The notes below the pieces were generated by a model that was not told the DNA's origin, searched no databases, and saw only the letters and a list, made by a program, of their open reading frames with translations. DNA of 63,573 nucleotides, the filler included, from Craspedostauros australis (taxonomy: Eukaryota): NCBI GenBank assembly GCA_030167865.1. It is 25 parts of 25 records of this genome, joined end to end, with 100 filler letters (N's around TTAATTAATTAA, not from the genome) between each part and the next. Parts side by side here need not be neighbours in the genome. Positions count along the whole stretch, not along the records: positions 47,022 to 48,139 come from JALAGF010002064.1; positions 48,240 to 50,434 come from JALAGF010002065.1; positions 50,535 to 52,908 come from JALAGF010002068.1; positions 53,009 to 54,041 come from JALAGF010002069.1; positions 54,142 to 55,614 come from JALAGF010002071.1; positions 55,715 to 57,190 come from JALAGF010002072.1; positions 57,291 to 63,573 come from JALAGF010002073.1; 18 more parts are not named here. One strand, given 5' to 3'. Of the stretch, positions 47,022-59,341 are shown piece by piece (within the stretch, counting starts at the first letter, position 1; each line of letters begins with the position of its first letter). Both the position numbers and the translations under genes were made by a program.

Positions 47022-48139
47022 CCTTGCTGGAGGCCAGTTCCCACACGCAGACTACAAGTACCGTGTCAAGGAATCTAGTCTCCAGGGCGTAGTCTCGTTT
47101 CTCACCTCCATGTTCCAGTACCGGCCAGGCATCACAAGGAGCGTCAAGTTGGCTGGTGTTCTGTTCCCAGACCTGCCTATCTTCATTCGCGGATCAATAC
47201 CAGAAGAGCAGCTCTTTGCCAAGTACAAGAACACAACAGATGACCCAGTTGGTATGCCTGCCTTCAAGAGTATCCTGACATTGCTCACGCGACGTGGCAA
47301 GTGTCAAACCGGCCTGTCCTCCTTCTACACAGACACTCTGACTGTATTCATGCACTTTCAAAGCATGATCAAGAGAGTCATGGAACTGCTTCGGACTCAG
47401 AACAAGGAACATCAAGACAAAGAGCTTGCGTCTGAACTTCTGGATGAGGCACAGGCCATCATCACGGACAGTGATTCTGTTCTTTCATTTGCGAAATGGG
47501 AATATGCGAACAAGCACCTCAAGGTAAAGCCAACCACGGATAATCTACATTCCGCAGAGTTCGCACTGACAAATGGCTCCCTCCCGTTTGTGAACCAAGC
47601 ATGCAAGCAATGTGCAGATGTCATGACGTTCTTCCCAATTCGCGTTCGCAACTTCATGAAAACTGCCACCAACAGCATCACCGGCAACACGTTTGAATTG
47701 GATCGCATGGCTGCAGCAATTAACCTGTGTGATGACGCGCTGCGCCAGTACATGGCCCACCAAGTGAGACGAAAGGTGCAAGCGCAGAAGATCACGGAGG
47801 AAAAGGAGCGCCTCAAGGATCATCCAGATCGCATCATTGCCGTGCTCGATCACAAGCAACGCATCCTCCCAACGGAGAATCAGGAAGCTCAGAAAGCGTT
47901 TTTCGGAAAAAACGGAATGTCTCTCCTTGGTGTCATGACGATCCAATACAAGAACGGTAAGTTCGAGTACCGATTCATTGACATGGTGATGAAGGGGCGG
48001 AACAAGCAGGATCATGTCCAAGTTGCTGGCGCCATCAAGATTCTACATTCTACCATGCTTCCAAAGCTTCACAAGGGGGTCAAAGAGGTCGTATTCCAAA
48101 GTGATAATGCCAGTTGTTTTGCGAGTCCGGCACTGATGA
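47022..48139 (+). mobile_element. DDE transposase fragment, probably Sola (Sola3-like)
   Basis: VLDHKQRILP..NQEAQKAFFGKNGMS, KQD, FQSDNASCF resemble my recollection of Sola3 motifs (D..MK.LP...RE.Q..FGKRG, SDNAGCY). Confidence 0.55.
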
Positions 48140-48239
48140 NNNNNNNNNNNNNNNNNNNNNNNNNNNNNNNNNNNNNNNNNNNNTTAATTAATTAANNNNN
48201 NNNNNNNNNNNNNNNNNNNNNNNNNNNNNNNNNNNNNNN

Positions 48240-48806
48240 AAAACATGTGATATCAAGTCTGGATTGATATACTTCCCAACTAAACCTCAAATGACGATAC
48301 CCTTGCTGACCCATCACATCATCAATGGAATGTGGAATGACAAGGACCATGGAATCCGACAGCTGACATCAACAAGATGTCATTGTGTCACCACATTGAC
48401 ATCTGTCTCCACATCAGATCAAGAAGGCAAAGATTTGATGACCAAGGGACATCAAGATCATAAATATGCAAGGAGGAATACAGTGTGGATGCATTGGCAA
48501 TTGCTCATGGAGTAGTGAGCCTGTAGATAGTGAAATGCGGAGTACGCATCGAATACGGAATATTGCATGGTGTGAACATGCAATACAAAGAGAGAGAGAG
48601 AGAACATGAGCAAGAGCAAGAGAGTAGCTTGCATACCAACTCATAGTCAGACCATCAAACAGATGTGCTGAGAGCATCGGTCAAAGAAACAGAGTACACC
48701 AAGAGGATTGGAGTAGCAACATAATGAAATAGTAGAGAGAATCAGCACCAGACAACAACACCATCTTCCACGATCGCAAGGTATCCGTTTGCGAAACTTG
48801 CCAACA
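48240..48806 (+). mobile_element. 5' LTR (family A, partial) of a Copia element
   Basis: Ends CTTGCCAACA 82 bp before gag; matches 27243-28007. Confidence 0.85.
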
Positions 48807-48888
48807 CAATTACAAACGTTAGATCAAGGCGAGCCCACGGATCGGATCGTGCAAGGAAGACGAACATCATTCAAGAGCAGCAGGCTGA

Positions 48889-50434
48889 ATGAGCGAGGAA
48901 GAGGAATTGAAAGACATCCCTCTGTCCAATCTGGCTATCAAGCAAGAAGAAGGTGCGAGTGAGACTCAACCTCAAAATGAGAAGGAAGCAGCTGCGGCTA
49001 CTGTCCTATCAGGCACAGAAGCAAGCGCAATCAACGAGACCGAAGAGGAACGGTCTGCAAGACTACACCGTAAGGAGAAGAGGATCCTCAAGGCGATCAA
49101 GCAAGAGGAGACTGGTGTGACGGAGAGCATTCGCACAGCCAAACAGAGTGGGAAAAGTGAGACACCACCAGGAGGAGAATTTGTGACGAAAACAATCTCC
49201 GTGAAACAACTAGCGAAATTCAAAAAAGTGACAACACAGAAACAGACGGAAATCAAGGGCGCGAGCGCACCAACAACGAAACAACAAATCAACATGGCGA
49301 CATCAGCCAACATGAACAAGCAACGCATCAAGGCGCCGATGTTCAGCAGTGAACAGGAAGACTACAGCGCATGGGAGTCTCAAGCGAAGGCGTACGCTTG
49401 TGCACAGAAGACGAGAGACGTGATGTTGGGCAAGACCAAGGTCCCAACAGTGAGTGAGATCGCGGCAGCCGCCGACGATGCCAAGGAAGCGATGGAAGAG
49501 ATCTACGAGCTGGGATGCGACTGCTTCAGCGATCTGATCCTCATGATGGATGCAGAGAAAGGAAAAGGCAAGCAGGCCATCCAGTACATCAACCAGTGCA
49601 TCTCCAACGATTATCCCAAAGGAGATCCACACGCAGCGTGGAACGTTCTCGCGGAGAAGTTCCGTCCATCTGATGCAGCGACGAAGATCAAGCTCAAGCA
49701 TCAATTCAACAATGAAAAGATGAAGAGAGACATGGACCCCGACGTCTACATCACGCGACTCGTGCTCCTACACTCGTGTCTCCACGATGTTGGTTACACG
49801 ATCACCGATGAGGAGATGATCATGCAAATCCTCAGCACGGTGAGCAGCGAATACAGAACACACATTGTGAGCTTCCATCATCAACTCACGTTTAATCCGG
49901 AAGTGGTTACCATCAATGCGATCAGAGGAATACTCCGCACAGCACACACTACTCACCAAGGAGGAAAGGCGTACGTCGATGACTTCCAAGACAGCAACAT
50001 GAAGAGCAATGACACCGGCTTCACGAGCACCAGTAACTTCAAGGGGACCTGCCACAACTGTGGTGTGTATGGTCACAGATCTGCGGATTGCCCCGAGCGT
50101 AAGAAATCGAACAACAAGAAAAACAACAACAACAAAATGAACGGAAAGCGCAACAACAACCGCAACAAGGGAAACGGCTTCAACAGGAAGTGCAACTACT
50201 GTGGCATCTTTGGACACTGCGAGGCAGAGCGCCGAAAGAAGAAGTTCAACGAGAAGAAGAAGGCTGACGAGCAGGCCAACACAGCAACACAAGGACATGA
50301 CAAGAGCGGACACAAGATGGTACTCTCAGCAAAGGACATGCCGCTCTGCATGTTGGTGTCTGACAACTACATTGACGACTCCTTCTTCAAAAACTTCGAG
50401 TGCATCAAAAGTGACGACGAAGTACAGGACGATG
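48889..50434 (+). mobile_element. Copia gag ORF with two zinc knuckles, the second degenerate
   Basis: DYSAWE, AWNVLAEKFRP, DPDVYITRL, CHNCGVYGHRSADC, CNYCGIFGHCEAER. Confidence 0.9.
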
Positions 50435-50534
50435 NNNNNNNNNNNNNNNNNNNNNNNNNNNNNNNNNNNNNNNNNNNNTTAATTAATTAANNNNNNNNNN
50501 NNNNNNNNNNNNNNNNNNNNNNNNNNNNNNNNNN

Positions 50535-52908
50535 ACTGCGCCTGTCAAGGCAAAGTTGTTGGCTCAACTCAATGGGATGCGGTTGAAGAAAGGCGAGCAC
50601 CCAGACACGTTCCTAACCGAAATGGAAGTGCTGCGTAATCGCCTCGGTAGTACTGGTATCAAGATAGATATGCAACAGTACCACATGCTCGTACTCAACG
50701 CCCTCGGAAGGGAATACGAGACGGACGTCAAGCTCTTGGAGCTCAAGTTCGACGGTATGGAGAATACCATGACCCTCAAAGACATCCGCGAGGCTGTCAG
50801 TGCCACCTACGACGGCCGATACCTCAAACTCGGCAGCAATAGACGTGAGAACAATAGCAACAAGGAAGAGACTGCATTCGCTGCAGTAGGAGGTTTCAAA
50901 GGTCACTGCCGCAACTGTGGTGCCTACGGCCACAAGAAAGCAGACTGCCGCTCCCCCCCCAAGAAAGACAACGGCAAGAACAAGAAGAGTGGCCAAGGAG
51001 TCAACAACAGCAAGCCCAAGTTCAATGGGGAATATAAGTACTGCGGTAAGAAGGGACACAAGATCCTACAGTGCTTCAAGCTGAAGGCAGCCATGAAAGA
51101 GGCAGACTCGGCTAATGTGGCAACTGATGGGATGGAGGGAAATAACGACGTAGCTCTTGTGATGACAGATGAGTTAATTTGTGTGCCCACCTCAGGAAAC
51201 ACGAACGAATTGGAAAATGTGACCAACTTGTCTGTGAACACAGGCGAGGCGAAAACACGCGACAACAACAGCAACTACCAAGTTGACTCCAAGGTAATGG
51301 AGGACGTCGCCTTTGCAGCCATCGTCGAACAGACTGACACATCTCCCATTCTTTCTTTGAGACCACACAACGTCAACAACAAGATGAGTAACTCCAACCA
51401 AGGACAAGAATCCTACTACGACGCAAGCCTCACCAACGAAGGGGCCACCGACACCGAGGACGTGGATGACGACATGGGCGATGCCAACCGAGAAGAAGCG
51501 GCACGTCGCCCTATCTTCAACTTCGCCCCAGAACTCTCTCGTGTGGACCGCATGATCGGGAACTCGACAGGGCTTACCACCAACACGGCCTGGTGCCCTC
51601 TGTGCCTCAAGCGAGGACCACTCTACGCATGGTGCGTGGAATGCCCCCAAGTTCCTTTCTTCATCCAGCTCCACAATGAGCCGAGTGGCAATGTGCCAAC
51701 CAACGATGAAGAGCGCTCGGAGCGACGCACCAGACTCGAAAGAGCCGGCTCCCTCCGCAACGCTGTGCGAGCATCGTTGAGCAACGTGCTCCAAGCCAAT
51801 GATGTGCGAAACGAACTCGCCCTATTGTGCTACGACGCTGTAGCTACTCACACCGGGGACCGCACTCCACTGATCGAGCCGCGGACGATGTACTTCAAAC
51901 TGCACGAGATCGGGATGCACACCACACTGGGAGTGTGCCGCAACCCATGCAACATCAACAACAGCTTGGAATCCCGTCGCTTCGACCCCCTCCCCAGCGA
52001 TCTGATTTCGCGCTTGACCCACCATGCCGCGAACTCCATCCATTGGACCTATCATCAAGGTGACGGCGGGGTCCGAAACCCAAGTCCAGAACACTGGGTG
52101 CTACCGATCTACTCTGAACAGTCAGAGCAACACGAAGTGGCAATGGTGGTGGGCAACACCGACAACGTCAGCGCAAGGCGCTCCTCCGTCGCACCGGACA
52201 ACGACGAGTCCAACACCTGGCTGGGCGATTCGGGCGCATCGTGCCATCTCACCAACAACGATGAAGGGATGACCAACGTTCGCGTCTCCGATCAGAACGT
52301 GAAGATCGGGAGCGGACGCTTCCTCAAGGTGACCAAGGTGGGGGACAAACGCATGACAGTCATGCAAAGGAACGGAAGGAAGTACAACGTGGTGCTCAAG
52401 TCGGTGAAGTACGTGCCCAAACTTTGGATCAATCTACTGAGCATCAACAAGGCTCTCGAGAGCGGATTCAACATCAGCAACCTCGGCGTCATCATGACTC
52501 TGAAGAAAGGCAAGGCCCGCATCAGCTTTGATCGCATCATGGCGACTCATAGCAACTTCGTCTGCGGAGTGACCATGGTGAACAACGCCAAAACGGACGA
52601 CCAAGCTCATGTTGGTGTGTCAACCGACGCACCAGTCGACATCAACACAATNNNNNNNNNGTTAGGCCACGTTGACGCGTACACCATCTCTCGAACAGCA
52701 GGGAGGTACGGCTGGAACGTGACAGGAAAACTGAACGTGTGTGTTGACTGCGCGATTGGGAAATCGCGACAGAGACCGATGTCGAAAGCAACTCAACAAC
52801 GAGCGAAAGGAGTCGGGGATCGACTGTTCATGGACACATCAAGTGTTCAGACACACAGCCTGGGAAAGGGCAAATACTGGCTTCTTGTGATCGACGATTA
52901 CAGTGACT
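50535..52908 (+). mobile_element. Copia gag, long insert, protease, pre-integrase and start of integrase in one ORF
   Basis: CRNCGAYGHKKADC, WLGDSGASCH, VKYVPKLWINLLS, LGH...CVDCAIGKSRQ, YWLLVIDDYS. Confidence 0.93.
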
Positions 52909-53008
52909 NNNNNNNNNNNNNNNNNNNNNNNNNNNNNNNNNNNNNNNNNNNNTTAATTAATTAANNNNNNNNNNNNNNNNNNNNNNNNNNNNNNNNNNNN
53001 NNNNNNNN

Positions 53009-53170
53009 AATGACCTCAAGATTCATCAATGGAATGTGGAATCGACAGAGCCATGGAATGGTGATGAGTGACATGGACACAGGAGACGTCATTGCCACAT
53101 CATGGGTCATCTCCACATCAGAACAAGATTGCAAAGATGCATGACCGAGAGCTGTCCTTGAACACAGCAA
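53009..53170 (+). mobile_element. LTR family A-related fragment
   Basis: CATCAATGGAATGTGGAAT, CCATGGAAT and CTCCACATCAGA shared with 48318-48420. Confidence 0.55.
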
Positions 53171-54141
53171 CATGAGATACAACTCAATGAAGATAACATA
53201 GATTCAGAAGTCACTCTACCCAATCAGTGCCTTCGTTACACCAGCTCATTGCCATCTTCCTGAAAGACTTGATCTCTCTTGACGGATTCGTGTGATTTCG
53301 CTGTTTACAATAACAGGATAACACAGCTCCTCCACAGGCTGTTCTGACTCTTGAAGGTGGACAGAGGTGTTCAAATGCTCTCACACATGTGTGTGGATGG
53401 TCTTGCTGGACTCGTGAACACAACCACAGATGACCCGTCCGGATCCTTCGAGATGGTATGCAACGTTTTTGGAATTCACTCTGTGTTGATTGTTGTTGCT
53501 GAGCCAAGGCTGCTTCATCTGGAAGGAGAATAAGTTCAAAGAGGACAGGCTTGTTAGGCTTGGTGCTTTGAAGATTGTGCTGGACAAGGGGCAAAGGAGG
53601 GAGGATTCGAATTCATCTTCCATGCTGCGACCATTGAGGTTGGGATCAGCAGGGAAGATGTGAGCTGATGCATCCTGGCAGTTCACATGGAAGANNNNNN
53701 NNNNNNNNGTCTGTGTGGAATGGAATAACACTGTCCCTGGTAGTTTATCATTGTGCACCTGGGACGGAAAGTTGTTGCACAAGTTGCTGTTCAAGGAAAT
53801 CGCCTCCTTGGCAATGATAGGCGTCTGCAATCGTTCCCCGCACAACCTTGTGGAAAATGCTACCGACATATGCCGATGAGCATCGCGGACAGTGCCAACG
53901 TTCTGATTGCCCATGGACCAATTTCAAAGGTTGTACATGGGGGAGAATCCAATTGGCAGTGAGCTCTTGTCATGGTCACAAGGTCACAATCATGTTGGCT
54001 GTGGAGGATGGGACCCAGTTTGCTCAAATCCAGCCGACTTGNNNNNNNNNNNNNNNNNNNNNNNNNNNNNNNNNNNNNNNNNNNNTTAATTAATTAANNN
54101 NNNNNNNNNNNNNNNNNNNNNNNNNNNNNNNNNNNNNNNNN

Positions 54142-54540
54142 CAATCTTCCATGCATCTTGGGTCAGTGGACTTGGTTTCATCTTCAGTCCATACTCTCTC
54201 GTGTCCCATACGAACTTCATGACTCAAAGCATTTCCTTGTATGCTGCGGCTGTTGGTCCATCCAACACCTTGGTCAATTCTCGCACTGCATTGGCGATGT
54301 CGGGTCGAGAGTGTTTCACCAGGTATAGCAGCATACCTACTCCGCTTCGGTATCTGCTGTGTCGCTGCTTGTCCACTTTGGGTGCATCGCTTTGCCTTTG
54401 GATGCCTTGCCCTGGTGTCCCAGGCGTTCCGTATCGTTGCAGCTTCACCACATCACTTCCGAACGTATCGATGATGTTCTTTAGGATGTGTGGTTTGTTC
54501 ACCCAACAGTTCGTCTTGTCATGGTTGAAGATGATAGTTG
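54142..54540 (-). mobile_element. Copia RT C-terminal fragment
   Basis: YRSGVGMLLYLVKHSRPDIANAVRELTK. Confidence 0.92.
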
Positions 54541-54724
54541 AGATTCAATGAGGGACAGACTATTACCGAACACGGTATCAACCCGATGGGAGAAATTCTT
54601 GTTTTGGCGCGAAATCTTCCGACTTGATCGACCACCAAATCTTTTCTCCTCCTTCCTCTCCTCCATTCACGAATCCATCATGACCCAAACCTGACCGACC
54701 TGACTCACATCCCACCTGGGAACT

Positions 54725-55080
54725 ATATGCTCTTCAGATCCTCCTCACTACAACATACCTCGATTCCTTCATGCTGATGACCACCACACTACCACCGTGG
54801 TCTCAACATACGTATCCAACTTGCTTCAACTCAAGCAATGGAATCCGAGGGTCAGCTTCAGCCACAGCCACTGTTTCATGACCGTCATCACTGATTGTCA
54901 TGACCTACACTGCAGCGTAACTACATGTGCGGAGAGCAAAGTACTGTATTGATTGTCTACTCCGCTGCACTGAATCAAGTGCATCAGTGCAGGGTCTCGC
55001 CAAGTTGTGTGGCATCGTTTCTTCACCCTACTAACACCAATAAGCTAACTCATAATAACAGACAAGGATTAGCTACAAAG
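54725..55080 (+). repeat. Repeat family C copy; the full element probably spans about 54545-55215
   Basis: Colinear with 26864-27225. Confidence 0.75.
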
Positions 55081-55214
55081 CACTCTACTACTCATCGTTA
55101 CAAGTTATAACTCTTCAATCAGTACACCTCTCTTGAACTGCATCACACGGCTATCCCGAAGCCGGCAGATTCACGAGGCATTCTCCACCGATTCGCGACG
55201 CCTACGCACGAATC

Positions 55215-55614
55215 CTAACTGTTGGTCACATTTTTGACCTCAACGGGGTCGTTTTCGAGCTCGTCGGTGGGGAAACACACCAATTCTTCATTGTTGACCG
55301 ACTTGTCTTCGTCGGGTAACCACATTGATTCATCGGTCATCACGAGACCGATTTCGTCTTCTTCGTCGTTAGCGGGCATCCACATGGGTTCATCTACCAC
55401 GACGAACGCGGCGTTGTCTGCCGCGGTGTCTTCGGGTAGCCACATCGGTTCATTGACCATCACGAGGGCGACGTCGTCTGTTCCGTCCATACCGTCGGTG
55501 GCCACGTTGGCGGCGTCGGCTGCTCTCATTGCTGCCTTCAACTTGAAGCACTCGAGGATCTTGTGTCCCTTCTTACCGCAGTACTTGCAGTTTCCGTTGA
55601 ACTTAGTCTTGTCC
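55215..55614 (-). mobile_element. Copia gag knuckle and linker fragment, same family as 50535-52908
   Basis: KFNGNCKYCGKKGHKILECFKLKAAMRAADAANVATDGM. Confidence 0.88.
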
Positions 55615-55714
55615 NNNNNNNNNNNNNNNNNNNNNNNNNNNNNNNNNNNNNNNNNNNNTTAATTAATTAANNNNNNNNNNNNNNNNNNNNNNNNNNNNNN
55701 NNNNNNNNNNNNNN

Positions 55715-56398
55715 AATCTGTTATCAGTCTGTACCGTTTTAGAACTGTGAGTACAACATGCTCATCTCCTTTCAATTCCAATTCACAACAAGCATGATCC
55801 GCAGTAGCCACCCGAGGTTACACCCTTTAGCTTGGCTCCTTTCGTCTGCATCTTCATCTTGCTTTCACCGTGGTTCATCGTTTGCTTGGCTGAGGATTGG
55901 AGAGCACCTACATTCGTCAAGTTCATACTTGTAGACCTGCAGGTACCTCTCCTTCGGTCTCCTGTCACCTCACTGGTCCCACTTCATTTCAGTTCCTCCC
56001 TCCGGTCATCGCGATGGTTGCCTTTGGATGCTTGGGACTTATTGTCATCTGGATCGTGGTCTTGGGTGAGTAGGGATCGCCTCTGTTTCGCTTTCTCACA
56101 TTAGGTTCTCAGGGACGCGTCGACTTGTTCAGATATATTGGTTGTCGCGCTCATTTGATTCACTCAGGGCTGGTGTGTTGCCATCCTCATAGATCTCTCC
56201 GTTCCCGACCGTTATCGGGACATGGCCGAGTAGGCCACTGGATGAGGGTGCTTGGATGTCGCATAAGACAGGTAAGGCCATTGGGCTGTCCGAGTGCAAC
56301 TGGTCGATTGCTAGGTTGCGGTTTGTCTGGGAGATGCTATTGGGGGTTGCGGCAATCGTGGGGTATCTTTGCACTTAATACCATTCCGGTTCCAGTCA
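55715..56398. mobile_element. LTR family B-related copy
   Basis: CTGTACCGTTTTAGAACTGTGAG as at about 40905; TTGGG.G.TGCGGCAATC..GGGTAT near the end as at about 41560; ends in CA. Confidence 0.7.
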
Positions 56399-56404
56399 GT
56401 CCTC

Positions 56405-57190
56405 ATGGGAGCTGCGGTAGAATACGGTATCTTTGCAAAGTCGTACCCCCGATTCCTGACAGACATCACCAACACCAACACCACTGAGCACGAGATCATC
56501 CACAAGTCCATCCAAACCAAGTCCTTCATCGAACACATCAAGTACATCGTCGAACTCAAGGCCCACACCGTCTTCTCCACCTGGTACAACGACAAGGGAA
56601 AGGCAATCAACAACTACACCTTCCAGCAGCTCTGGGATGAAGCCGGCCAATGCGCTCACCTCCTCCGCAACAAATGGGGCATCAACAAAGGCGACCGTGT
56701 CGTCCTCTGCTACGACTTCGGTCTGCACTTCTTCGCCATCTTCCTGGGATGCCTCCGTGCAGGAGTGACTGCCGTGCTGGTCTATCCTCCCGGACCTCCG
56801 CTTGTCAAGTCGCTCACCAAGATGAACAAGGTGATCGAGGATTGCGCTCCGTCACTCATCCTCACCCAAACATCCATCAACCTCCTTCGAGCCGCCGATC
56901 GTGCCAACCCAACATCCAAGAGCCGCGCCATGTGGCCAAGCGGGGTGAAGTACCAAGTCACCGATCGCATCATTCGCCATGATGGCTTCATCANGGACAA
57001 GACCAACGGCAAGAACAAGCGAGCCAAGAAAAGCTTCCTTTCCAGCCTCATCTCTGGCCGTTCATCGTCGCCACCGCCTTCATTCGATGAACCCAACATG
57101 GTGGGATCGGATCTGGCGTTCCTTCAGTACACGTCTGGCAGTACCGGCAACCCCAAGGGCGTCATGGTGACCCACGACGCCCTGAGAGCC
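56405..57190 (+). CDS. Fatty acyl-AMP ligase (FAAL)-like adenylation domain, partial
   Basis: YTFQQLW, GDRVVLCY..GLHFFAIFLGCLRAGVTAVLVYPP, DLAFLQYTSGSTGNPKGVMVTH. Confidence 0.88.
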
Positions 57191-58026
57191 NNNNNNNNNN
57201 NNNNNNNNNNNNNNNNNNNNNNNNNNNNNNNNNNTTAATTAATTAANNNNNNNNNNNNNNNNNNNNNNNNNNNNNNNNNNNNNNNNNNNNAGAACATACG
57301 AGCTCATCCTCGTTGTTGACTGGCTTCGAGCAAGGATATTCAAGCAACCTACTTCCACGCTTGAGATCTTCGAACGTGCACAATTCACGAGCCGATTGCA
57401 TACAACTTCCAGCACCCGTATGATGATATGGTCCCACCTATACTTGCGTGGGACATGTGGATTTCTTTCTTTGCCTTTGCGAAACTGGTATTTTTTCCGC
57501 TGACGATCGTCAGCGTGGGGGGGGTGTTGGCATACCCATGGGCCTGACGAAGGACAGACGGTCCGCAAGGCCCTCACACAGGAGGAGACACAGAGCCATC
57601 CGTCTCCTGTCCTCATAATACTCTCCGATCCTCATCCTACACACAGTATAACATCATAGCATCACACTATCACCCTCACGATACTGACAGAAACCACCGC
57701 ATGAGAAAGGAAAGGAGTCTGACTGTAATACTCGTAGAGTGGTTGCCTTGGGCTAATTTCGAAGGCAAGCGATGCAAGGATCATCCTCTACGGAAGAAAC
57801 TGCCTGCGATTGTCTACGTTTCGCTGATTGCAACGCCATCAAGCTCTTGTTGTGGTCTGGTCAAGATGTCTACATTGGTATCTTTTTAGACTTTTCGCTC
57901 ATGTCAAAGATACCTCCCGATGTTCCAGACATGTCGCGGCAGTCATACCACGAACCCTCTCCGACTAAGAGAACGCGGCGGCTGCCGGTGGCGACGAGAC
58001 AAGTCTTCCCATCACATTCATGTGGC

Positions 58027-58062
58027 ATCACATCACATCACATCACATCACATCACATCACA
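58027..58062. repeat. (CATCA)7 microsatellite
   Basis: Read directly. Confidence 0.9.
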
Positions 58063-58279
58063 CCGCATCGCACCGCAACACGTTCCGTTTCTCCGTTTCG
58101 TACAAATTAATCCAGGAGGACGTAGCCAGAAACACATTCGCTTCAGACGATAGGGAACACCGAACCTTCATTCCGCCAGTCGGGCAGAGAACATCGTTGT
58201 TGCCCTGCAAGAACAAGCCAACACTCCAATCCAAACTTCACAGAGAGATCCCGAGTTTGGGCGATCAATTCACAGCACC

Positions 58280-59341
58280 ATGAAGACCAACACTTCCAAC
58301 AGTCGTGCTGTCGCCGCATACCTCGCGGTGCTTTGCATCTCCTGCGACATCACCAGGCTGGTGCGTGCAGCTGCTTCCGAGCAAGCCATCGTTGACGTGC
58401 AAGATCTGGCAGACACGCTTGATCCCTACACGGAAAGCGTCCCGACAATCCTATCTGAAGAACTCAATCTCGACCTGGACACCTCCGTTCTGGGCGTCGA
58501 AGGATTAGATGCGTACGAGGGCAGAATCGAGGTTACTGTGGACAATCAGTGCCAGTACACTTTAATGCTGGAGTTCAAGAAACCAGCAGACCTTCCAGAG
58601 GGTGAACACGGCTTCACAGGCGTGTGCAGCGGAAACAAAGAAGCACCGAATGGACAACCCTATCACAAGCAAACTCAGCACTGGCAAAGGCTGTCGCTAC
58701 CAATGAAGCAAGCCACAGGCATCGACCATATCGTCATTGACTGGAAGCCATGCGGCGACAATCCCCCAACACTGCGCCAACCACGTTGGGATATTGTCTC
58801 CTACTATGTTCCACCGGAGTACCGCACCATCATGACTTGTCCCGATGACGAGATGGCGACCAACGCCATACCACCGATCTGCTCACCGCTGCAATCCACA
58901 GACAAAGGCCGGGCCATGTTCAGCCTCCCTGTCCTGTGGCAACAGGTCGACCGCATTGCCAACATGCCGATCAAGTACTTTCCAAACGTAGCGCAACCGC
59001 AAGCTGTGGAGTATGAAGGGTTGTTGTCGTACAACCCCGAGCAGTCGCCAGCAACCGTCGACGACGTGATCCTCCCTCGTCACCATATGTCCAGCTACGA
59101 TGGTGATGTCATCTCATCGCGAATGATAGTTCCCTTCAGGCATTTCCAAGGCACTTCCATCACTGAAGCATCAGGAGCCTATGCTTACGTCCAGAAAAGC
59201 AAGAAACGTCTCGCCAAATCATGGGCCGCAGAGTCCAACAAGAACAACGATGGTCTCATCCGAATTCGGCTTTCAGGAGAATCGGGTCTATGCCAAGCTG
59301 AATACAATGCTGCTGTCGCCAGCGCTATTTCCTCTCCATAG
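58280..59341 (+). CDS. Predicted secreted protein, 353 aa, DUF5602/TTHB210-like
   Basis: Signal-like N-terminus (AVAAYLAVLCISC...VRA|AA). GIDHIVIDWKPCG...PRWDIVSY resembles the DWNP.GH...PHFD.HFY motif. Confidence 0.6.
   Translation: MKTNTSNSRAVAAYLAVLCISCDITRLVRAAASEQAIVDVQDLADTLDPYTESVPTILSEELNLDLDTSVLGVEGLDAYEGRIEVTVDNQCQYTLMLEFKKPADLPEGEHGFTGVCSGNKEAPNGQPYHKQTQHWQRLSLPMKQATGIDHIVIDWKPCGDNPPTLRQPRWDIVSYYVPPEYRTIMTCPDDEMATNAIPPICSPLQSTDKGRAMFSLPVLWQQVDRIANMPIKYFPNVAQPQAVEYEGLLSYNPEQSPATVDDVILPRHHMSSYDGDVISSRMIVPFRHFQGTSITEASGAYAYVQKSKKRLAKSWAAESNKNNDGLIRIRLSGESGLCQAEYNAAVASAISSP

Noticed and set aside
53170..54041. Possible coding remnant
   Set aside because: Fragmented in all frames with no identifiable domain
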